Below, piece after piece: positions 10,803 through 20,255 of a DNA stretch of 64,000 bases. The position numbers and the translations under genes are program-made. This DNA is from Cyanophora paradoxa CCMP329 (Eukaryota > Plantae > Glaucophyta). How positions within the stretch are numbered: position 1 is the first letter of the stretch; each line of letters starts with the position of its first letter. The stretch is from assembly GCA_004431415.1 (NCBI GenBank), contig QPMI01000106.1, positions 287,182-351,181 of the forward strand. The letters are read 5' to 3'. The notes beneath the pieces are model-generated. The model was not told where the DNA came from. It did no database searches and saw only the letters and a program-made list of their open reading frames with translations.

Positions 10803-12789
10803 GATCGCGAGGCGCCCGCGGCGACTTCCCGCGGCCGGCGGGCTCTCTCATTCTAATTGTAATGATCGCATACCTCGTGATCGTTCTCGAGCTCAAGCAT
10901 GGTTTCCTGCCGAGGTACGATCGCGAGGGCTCAGAGTTAGAGGCCGCGGCGCGGTCCGGCCCGGAGCCGCCGGGAAAAATTCGATCGCGAAGGGCGGGGC
11001 GGCAATGTGCAAGCGGCGCACGTCGTTGGCGTGCTTCTGGTTATGTTGCTTTGACGTGTTCACGATCATCTGTGCGCGGGACGAGAAAGCCTAGGGTGAG
11101 GTTGCGGATCGGTCAAGAAATCAAACACCCGACAGACGAACCTCGCGGGGATCCGGAATCGCTTCGAATTCGCCCGAGGCGGCCGCGGGGATCCGGAGGT
11201 CGAACCGCTGCGCACTTAGAATTAGACGAAGCTGACGGCCGCAGACGAATTTTAAAATTATACAGACGGAGGCACAAACCCCGCGGCCGGCGACGCCTCC
11301 GCAGGAGCTCCATAGTCGTCGCTTCTGCTGGAGCTCCGCAGTCGTCGCCTGCGAACAGCGAGCTGTGAGCCGCGGCCGGGGAGGAGCGGCCGGCGGCGGA
11401 GGCGCACGGCCCGAAGGGCGGGCCCCGGGGGACGCACTATAGCTACGGCAGCGCCGCTGGATGCCGCCGACGAAACGGAGCCCCCTGGGGAGAGGGAAGG
11501 GGAGAAGGAGGGGACGGGGGCGGCGTGGGAGCTCGCGGCTGCCGGCGCCGCGGCTTCGATGCCGGCGGCGGGCACCAGTGGCTCGCCCAGGCCGCCGGGG
11601 GGAGGCGGCGAGGCTGAGCCCGCAGCCGCAGAGACGGCCGCGGGCTGGGCGCTGGATGCTGCCGACGAGGCGGCGGGGGCGACGGAGGGGACTGGGGCGG
11701 GGGCGGGGGCGGGGGCGCAGAAGAAACTCGAGGCGGCTGCAGCTGGCGCCGCGACAACGCCGGAGTCGTGTCCAGCTCCTGGAGGCCATGCAGGGGGCGT
11801 GGACGTCCAGAGGGCGCGGGCAATTCGCCTCCGAAGCTGCTGGCACTGGGCCCCCGTTCCGGTGAACGGGTGGGCTGGGTGGTTGAGGATGGAGCGCTCC
11901 TCCCCGTGCATGATGCGCTCCACGATCGTGCAGACGAAGACGCCGCAGCTGAAGCCGTCTACCTGCTCGGGAATGTCGCGCTTGGGGCGCGCCAGCTCGC
12001 AGGTCCACGTCTCCACCTCCGGGTCAGGCAAATTCTTGAACTTGCAGTGGTCCGACACGAAACGCTTCAGGGTGCGCAGGACTTCTTCCTGTCGCTGGTC
12101 GTAGTTGAGGAGGAGGCCGTCGTAGTGCTGGAACAGCCGCTGTTTCGGGCGGATGACGGCCAGGGTCCAGTGCGTGTTGCCGTGATTCACGACGACAAAG
12201 ATGCGATCGTACTGGAACATGTTCTTCACGTATTTCCAGAACTTCATTATTTTATAGCCGTGAGAAGGCCAATTCAACTGCGAGTAAAAGGTGGTAGGGC
12301 AGATGAAGAAATCGAAGCGACCGGAGCCGCGACAGGCAAGTTTCAGAAGGCGAAGGTAGACTTCGATGGCCGCGCCGGTGAGCCATTTCTCGTCCAGAAC
12401 ACTGTCGATGTCTCGTTGCGACACCTGCATTGCGCCGGCGCCCTGAGAGGTCGAGGTGGGCGTCATGATCATGAGGTGGGCGTCATGATCATGATCGTGA
12501 TCAGGAAGGATATTTAAAAGGGAAGCTTTATTTCGAGTGCGCCCTCGCCATATGGCCAGTGCCGGTAATTAATATTATAATCAAATTACATAAACACATC
12601 TCGCGCGCGGGCTCGCACCTGGAGAACTTGCGCGTAGCTGGCCATATGCATGGCCGTCGGACGCGGCGGGGCGGGGGCGGGGGCAGCTGCAGCGCCGCGC
12701 GCTTCCTCGAGCTCGAGCTCACAGAGCTTCTCGATATCGATCACAAGCCCGGCGGGGGCCGCCGGCTCAGCGACGGCGGCGGCCTGCAT
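9761..12789 (-). CDS. Ulp1/SENP-family (peptidase C48) SUMO/Ubl protease fused to Ala/Pro linker and coiled-coil tail A; 3' part possibly degenerate
   Basis: Motifs WLTGAAIEVYL, TTFYSQL, VNHGNTHWTLAVI (catalytic His), HYDGL (Asp) and PEQVDGFSCGVF (Gln/Cys) at ~11800-12430. An upstream exon (12619-12789) splices in frame through GT-AG intron 12443-12618. Downstream exons match tail A, with the stop at 9761. Confidence 0.8.
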
Positions 12790-13446
12790 GCGCAGCGCCG
12801 CGTCACGCGCTACATATATAGCTGGGACGCGATAGAGCTAGACCGCGTCGCGTCAGCGAGGCGGGCGATATATATATGGGCATACCGGAGCAGCGTGCTC
12901 AGCCATTATCCGAGCTTTGATTGCCAGCGCCTGCAACTGCCGCAGCTGCAGCAGGATCCGGACGCGTCACCGAGGCCCTGCGCAGGCCGACTTCAGATGC
13001 AGGGAGCGCGAGCGGGCCGCAATTGTCGTACCGTTCAACAGCGCTGCATCAGCCCCGGCCCATGCACAGATCTAGATGCACAATCCACCAGTCTCCTAAT
13101 TGGAATCGATCAAATCATGATCGGTACCTCAACAAATACCTAGCAAGCGGCCAGGAACAACGAACGGTACCCGGCGTTCGCTAAGGGATAATTGTAAACA
13201 GAAAAGAGCACGCACAGGGGCTCGGGATCCGCCGCTGGATGTATATCTCGATGCAAACGGCCGCGGCCTGCGCGAAGCAAGCGTCAAGGACGCGCTGTGA
13301 AATAAGCTCGTATACAAGGCGACAAACCTCACGTGCACGTGCACGCCTTGGGTGCGCATACGGGAGAATACGAGTTAACGATGATCATTAGACAGTGCGC
13401 TCGCGATGTTATAATCAAAGCAGACACGCTAGCTATAGCGGCTTCC

Positions 13447-16400
13447 CTTGACGAACCGGTCGTCAGCTCATCAGTTGCGCGTTAGTCGCATGCGCAGGCC
13501 GCGGGCGGAACGTCCACAGTTTCCCGCCCCACCTGCACGTGCACTGGGATCGAATCAGCATCTCGACCGAGGGCCCATGGGCCGGCAATCGATCAAGCGA
13601 GGCATGCAAACAGAGATATTGAATCAAGGAACATTTGAAAACGCACGCACGCGGGCGCTGGATCCGGTCCGTCGCTGGATCCGGAAGAAGCTTAAGCTTA
13701 AGCCCGCTCCGTCCGCGCGCGGCCGTTTAACGAAGTCTAGGCGCGCGAGACCAGCAGACAGCCTGCGGAAGCCAAACTATTAGCAAGCGCTTCAGAGCAC
13801 ACTCGTTAAGCGCCTCGTGCGTACGTTCCGCGAGTTCACGCCGAGGCGTGGGCGAACCTGCAGCTGGCGAAGTCGACCTGGAAAAGGAGCAGGCAGACGA
13901 CCTGAGAAAGCGGTCAGACAGCGCTCCGAATTCAAAAAGCGAGGCGCATCTTGCGAACGCACCGCTCCTTGCAGGCGCCGAACAGCGATCGGCTTGCAGA
14001 ACGCTCTCCCGACGGCCCCCACTCTCGATGCGCCTCCGAGAAGGTGGAGGATGCGCTCAAGTCGCTCTGCGACCTCGCTGGTCGCCTGCCCGCCCCGCCC
14101 GCTAGAAAGTCCGAGCACCGGCTCCTATACCCCGGGGGGGGGGCGGGAGGGGGGGAGGAGGCCGGAGCGAAGCGAAAGCGGATGCTCCAAGGCGCGCGAT
14201 CGACGTCGCCATCAAACTCGAGTGGATATCGATGCGCCGGATCGATGAGCCGGGTGCGGGACGCCGGCAGCGTGCGATAATCGGATGAGCGCGTCAAGTG
14301 TTGTCCGAGCTGCCGGCGCGCACGTGGGACCGGCGCGTTAGACGCGGTGCTTCCCCTCTGCGTGCAATGTTGGTACAGGCGCTCCGCCCGCTCATGTCTC
14401 CGATCAAGCTCGCCCGTCGTACCTGACTGCCCACCGCGCTCTTATCGTGCCGCGCCCTCTCAGCCATCGAAGCTCGCGCGTCTGCGGCTCGGGCTGCTGG
14501 ACGCGCGCCCCGTCTGCTGTCCCCCAGCCTCTGCAGCTGGCAGTGACGCCGGTGTCCCCCAGCCTCTGCAGCTGGCAGTGAATTCGGGGCACCTGGCTGA
14601 AACCTTTCGTCGACCTGCGCGGCGAGCGGCGCGCCGGCGGATGCCGCGGCGGTCCAAGCGGCCCGCGCATGCGCAGCGGCCCGCACTCCACGCCCCGCGC
14701 CGTCCCTGCGCCTCATGCGGACCCCGCGCAGCTTGGCCCCACCGTCGGTCAGCCCCGCCGTCCTCGCAACCCTCTCCGATCGGCGCTCCTGCCGTCTCTC
14801 CGTGCGGCCCGTCCCCCCGCCCGACGCGCTCTCGCGCCCCGACGCGGGGCGGCCCCGCAGACGATGAGCAGGGCCCTCGCTACCGGCGCCCCGCCGGCAC
14901 CGCGAGGGCGCCGTCAAGACGCCTCCGCCGCCCGGCGCCCCAGGTGCCCGCGAGGCCGCCCGCCCGCCTCGCCCGCCCGCCCCGCCCCTGCTCCGACGGC
15001 GCCGTACACCCCGGCCCTCCCCTCGTTTTGTCCGAGCCGCGGCGCGCAGGACGTCGAGTGGGGTACGGCTTCAGGCTCGACCGGTTCTTCTACGCCCCCT
15101 GCATCGACCCGGGCTCGCAGGCCCGCCCGCCCCGCCCCTCCGCTCCCCAAGCCCCGCTCGCCCCGCCGCCTCTGAACCTGGGCCCGCCCCCACAGGCGGC
15201 GGCGATGATCAAAGTAGCGCGGCAGACGACGGCGATCTGGGCGGGTGCGGGAATGTCCATCAAGAGCTACCTCGGCCCTAAGCGCGTCGCCGTTGTGGAG
15301 AACCTTCCCCCCCCTTTCTTCCCCCCCCGGTTCTCGCCCTGTACCCCTGCCGTCCGCCCGCTCATCTGGTATCCCAGCGGCACCTGGATCAAGGACTCGC
15401 CCATGGCCCAGGGACTTCGTCGGCGCCCTGCAGGCGAGCCCACCCGGGGGGGGGGGGGTACACGGGCCGGATCTAGGCCCGCGCAGGAGCGGGTCCACGT
15501 GACGGAGGTCCTCGAGAAGAAGGAGAAGGCTCCCCTATATATCCCCGGCTTCGTCCCCCCCCCCCCCCCCCCCCCTCCGGCCTCGCAGGCCGGGTACGAC
15601 ACGGAGGGCTTCGGGTGGGTGCTGACGCACCCATCGAGGGCGGCTCCCTCCAGGTGACCCCGTACCCCCTTCCCGGCCTGTACCCCCTGCCCCTCCCCCC
15701 CTTCCCCAGGCCTAGGTCGGTTCGCCTCGCGTACTTCCCGACGTAGGCCCATGGACAGTGCACGTGCGGCCCTGTAACCCCTGGCTGGGGCGTACCCCGC
15801 CGACCCCTAGCCCCAAGGTCGATGGTGCTGGTGTGCACTGTGCACGTGCCCGCAGGGTCGACGGTCGCTCCTGCTCGGAGGCTGCTCCCCGGCCTCGGTA
15901 CCCCCCTCCCCGCCCCCTCCAGGCCGCCCCGCCATCTGCGCGGCGGCAGCGCGCAGGGGCGCCGCTCCCGCACCAGGCCGCCGGCGGCGCCCTCCCGCGC
16001 TTCTGCGCGTGGCGCGCACAAGGCGGACACCCCTCTCGTCCCCCCGCCGCCCTCGCCGGCTCCTTCCTGAGGAAGCTGCGCCTGCTGAGGTGCTGCGCCT
16101 CGTGCCCGCTGCTGAAGAAGCTGCGGGCGGTGCTGGGGCGCGTGAAGCGGCCCCGCACGGCTCCTTCCTCTTCCTCAAGCAGGCGCCCCCGCCCCTGGCT
16201 TCCGCCCGCCCCTTGAGCTTTCCCCCTCCGGGCCTGATCGCGACTGGCCGGCAGATGGCGGAGGCGGTGGGGGGCCTGGGGAGCTTGGAGCCCGCCTTTA
16301 ACGTCGGGCACGTCTGCACTGGGGCCCGCTGGGGAGCTTGGAGCGTCTGCCTCTAGCTCGTCGACCAGGCCCGCACCCGCCCGCGCGCCCTCCCCCGCCC

Positions 16401-19400
16401 GTGCCGCCCGCCCGCGCAGCCCGCGCCTTCCTCGACTCGCTCCCCTGGAAACGGCCACACCACCCCTGCCCCCGCTCTGAGGGCCTGCCCCCGTCCGTTC
16501 TGAGGGCCGCCCTTCAACCTGCGCGCAGGCGGTGGCGGGCGGGGCAGGCTTCTACGCCTTTGGTCCGCCCCGCCCCGCCCTGCCCCGCCCCGCCTTCTCC
16601 GCTCCGCTGCGGCTGACGCCTCCGCGCGCGTGCGCGCGTGCAGGCTGGGGCCGTCGAGCAGCTCGAGCTCCGCAGGGTCCGCTCGCGCCGCCCTGACCCC
16701 GGGGCGGGGCGGGCCAGGCGGGGATGGCGGAGCTGGCGGCGGACACAGACGCCGCCTTCCTTTTGCATCGCCGAGGACCGCGTGCCTCTTTCGCCTTCCT
16801 CTGCCGCCCGTACCCCCCCGCCCCGGGCGAGCCCGCGCCCCAACCCGAACCCCCGCCCCGCCCCAGCGCCTTCTATGAGTCGCCCCTGCGCGGCGCGCGC
16901 GCCGTCGACGTCCAGAAGCAGGGTGGGCCCTCCCCCCCCCCCCCCCCCCCCCCCCCCCGCTCTCGGCGGGTGTACAGCTGAGGGGCGGGGCGGGGCAGGT
17001 GTTCGGGAAGGCGGGGCGGCTGGGGCGCTCGGTGCTGGCGGCCTCGTTCGAGTTCCTCGTTGACCGCCGTCCGCCCGCCCGCCCCGCCCTCCACGTCCTC
17101 CCAGCCCCGCCCGCCCGAGCCCGGCGCTGAGGGCCGGAGGGGCTGCCACCCTCCTCCTCCCCCGCACGCCCCCCCCCCCCCCCCCCCCCCACACACACAC
17201 GTAGCAGTCCCGACTCGGCAAACTCGGCTGTCACACGTGCACGTACGTCACCGTATTATAATTAATAATATTAATTTAAAAAACCCTGTAAGCGGCTATA
17301 GCTACTGGCGCCGGCCGGGTTTGAACCCAGGTTCTTCCAGAATCGAACGTCCTGGCCGGCGCCGGCGCCGGCGCCGGCGCAGCGCGTTCCACTAACGCGC
17401 CGCAAGCGCGCGGTCGACGTCCGGCAACAAAGAGAACGTTGCGCCGCGGCCGAACCAGCCCCAAAGCGCGCCGTACGCGTCGGCGAGCTCGAGCGAATTC
17501 GAATTCGAATTTCGAACTGCACGCCCTTGCTCCCGGGCCCGCCCGGAGCCATCCAATGAACAGCAATCCATCCAATTTCGTCGCTGAAACTCGTTGAGCA
17601 CGCCCCCCAACTCGGTGCTTCGCGCTTACTGACTTGAATGCGTGCACTGCAGCTGCGGCACGTGCCGCACTGCGGCAGTGCGCCGCGCTGCTCTAGCGCG
17701 CGCGGGCCGCCGGGCGTCCTCTAGCGGCCCGCGCAGCGGCCTGCGCCCCTCGCCCCTTGCCATCCCCGAGCCTCATACGCACCGCCCGCAGCTCGTGATC
17801 TCTCCGTGCACCTGCGGCCGGGCCGGGCCCGGCCCGTTCCCCCGCCCGACGCGCTTTCGTCCCCCGACGCGGAGTGGCCCCGCAAACGATGAGCAACCGA
17901 GGAGCGCGTTAGGGCCCCGCAGACGATGAGCGGTTCCTTCGCCGGAGCCCTAGGCCTGCCGCCGGGCCCCCGCTGCCAGCGCCCCGCTGGCTCCCTCTGA
18001 AGGGCGCCGTCAAGACGCCCGGCGGCCCCCGCCCGCCCCGGCACGCGCCCGGCGCTCCAGGCGCCCGCAAGCTTAAGGCCGCCCTGCCCCGCCCCCGCAC
18101 CTTCTCCGTCGGTGCCGTCCCCCCCCGGCCCTCCCCTATTTGTGTTCGAGCCGCAGCGCAGGACTTCGTGGAGTACGGCTTCAGGCTCGACCAGCTCTTA
18201 CGCCCGGCCCCCTGCATGGACCCGGACTCGCAGGCCCGCCCGCCCCGCCCCGCCCGCCCCCTTACCTCTGACCCTGGGCCCGCCGCCTCTGACCCTGGGC
18301 CGGCCCCCACAGGCGGCGGAGAAGATCAAGGCGGTCGGGCAGACGAAGACGATCTGGGCGGGAACGGGAATCTCCATCAAGAGCTACCTCGGCCCCAAGC
18401 GCACATATACCCCTCCCCCCCCGCCGCTAGGCTCGCCCTGTACCCCTGCGGCCCGCCCGCTCATCCGGTAACCCCCACCCCACTTTCCCCCGAACGGCCG
18501 GCAGGAAGCAGGGGCTCACAACTGGCGGTCTCTGTGGGAAGCGTACCCCCGTTCCCGCGGCCCGCGCGCCTGTACCCTCGCGGTGCCCCACGGCCTCGCC
18601 CCGCCCGTCCCTCCCTCGCCTCCACTCAGCGGGGCGGCCAGGCGGAGGCGGGGCTCAGCGGCTGCCGCCCGCAGCTCCAATCCCGCCCGTCCCGTCGCGT
18701 GCGGCGACCGGCGGCTCCCGCCGGCGGCGGTCCCGCCTCGCCTCGCCTGTACGCCCCCGGCCCCGTTGGCCGCCCCGAGGCGCCCGCGGCCCGCCTGCAT
18801 CCACTGTCCGCCACGCGCAACTCAGAGCGCGAGTGCGGTGCGCGGAGCCGGCCGCCGCCCGCCCGCCCGCGCCCCGCCTGCGCCCTGCGGCTCTAACGCG
18901 GCGGCAGCTCCCGCGGTCCCTCGGACAGCTCAGCGCCGGCCGGACCGGCGCGCGCAGCCCCTGGCCTCGGGCGGGGCGGCCCCGGCGCTCCAGGCTCCGC
19001 ATCGGAAGCTTGGAGCAGGGGCGGGCGGGCACGGCCCGCACCCTCGCTGCCCTCGAGCTCGTTTCCCCGAGGCCCATCCGGCCTGCTCGCAGCGCTGGCG
19101 CGCGCTCGGGCGGTGACGCGCCGCCCCGCCGCCCCACCGCCCACCGCCCGCCGCCCCGCCGCCCCGCCGCCCCGCCGCCACCGCCCGCCCCTCTAGATCT
19201 CGAGAGCTCTGCCGCCGGCAGCTCGAGCTCCAATTCCGCCCGTGCCGTCGCGTGCTGCGAGCGGCGGCTCCAGATCCGGCGCCGGCCGGCGCCGCGGCGG
19301 CGTGGGCCGCGCCCCCTCGCCCCGCCGCGGCGCCCCGAGGGTGCGGTACCTCGCCCCGCGCCTCCGCTGCCGCGCGCGCCCCGCTCCCCGCGCGCCCTCG

Positions 19401-19450
19401 AGCATCGATATCCCCCACAGGCTTAAGCTTCGAATTCGACCTCGTACGGG
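13447..19450. repeat. Diverged paralog of the leader module plus the adjoining GC-rich modular region (counterpart of ~25000-29800 and ~34440-39250)
   Basis: Colinear homology with 25000-27000 over ~13447-15900, then rearranged modules (e.g. CTGCATCCACTGTCCGCCAC at ~18796, 27986, 29417, 37425, 38855). Confidence 0.85.
15050..17090 (+). pseudogene. Degenerate multi-exon gene of unknown function; 5' exons repeated at ~18160, ~26525 and ~35960
   Basis: Exon-like pieces GYGFRLDRFFYAPCIDPGSQ | AAAMIKVARQTTAIWAGAGMSIKSYLGPKR | ERVHVTEVLEKKEK | AGYDTEGFGWVLTHP, plus LRR-like FLRKLRLLRCCASCPLLKKL, separated by intron-like segments. Frames differ among copies. Confidence 0.4.
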
Positions 19451-20255
19451 CGGCCGCCGGGCGTGCGGCGCCATCCCCCGCCGGCTGAGATGGCGCCGGT
19501 GGACGTATACGTAGGCAGTAGTACATACGTAGGCAAGGTTTCGCTCTAAAGTAAGGTGCTAGCTATAGGCCTACGTACCGTGGCAGCTAGCGCTAGCGCT
19601 ATAGTACGCGTGAAAGTGATATCTAAGTGCTAGGTTGTCGGGTCCATCAGCTGTCTGTTGCTCTTCGAGTTCTAGATCTATCTAATGCTGGAGCTACCTG
19701 TGAATGCAGACGCGCGGATCAGTGAAACAAGCGGCCGCACGACTAACGGCTGGCACAAAAAGGTTTTGCTGGTGCTTGCAGAAGCCGAAACTCTACGGCT
19801 CTCCATGGCAAGAACTTGCTGCGAAACGCAAGAAAACTGCACACCCAGAGAAATTCCCAAGAGGCTCTATCTGAAATCAAGCTGCGGTAATGCGGACTGA
19901 AAAGGCAGCGACTGAAAAGGCGGCAACGAGATCATCTGCATGCGAGAAGAAATTCGAAGCGGGCTGAAAAGGGGCTGTACACAGACCAAACAAACACTGA
20001 ACAAGCAGAAGAGAAGGGGCATCGACTACATATGCCGCTGCACGCTGGCTTTGTACAAGAATCTGCAGCCTAGAGAGGAGGATAAAACTCTGCAGCCTAA
20101 AGAGGAGGAAGTAGTTGAAACCGAGCTACAAGAAGTTCACCTACACTTCGAGTTCTGTCCAGCGGGGAGAAGGGAAGCCTAAAAGGAGGAGAGAGGGAAA
20201 GCGGAAGGGGAGGGAGAGGCGGGGGCGCCCGGGGCGGACGAGCAGGACCGAGGAC

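Noticed and set aside
17306-17332. tRNA-like 3' half on the minus strand (CCTGGGTTCAAACCCGGCCGGCGCCA)
   Set aside because: The T-loop is one base short, and there is no D-arm, anticodon arm or 5' acceptor strand. At most a fragment.
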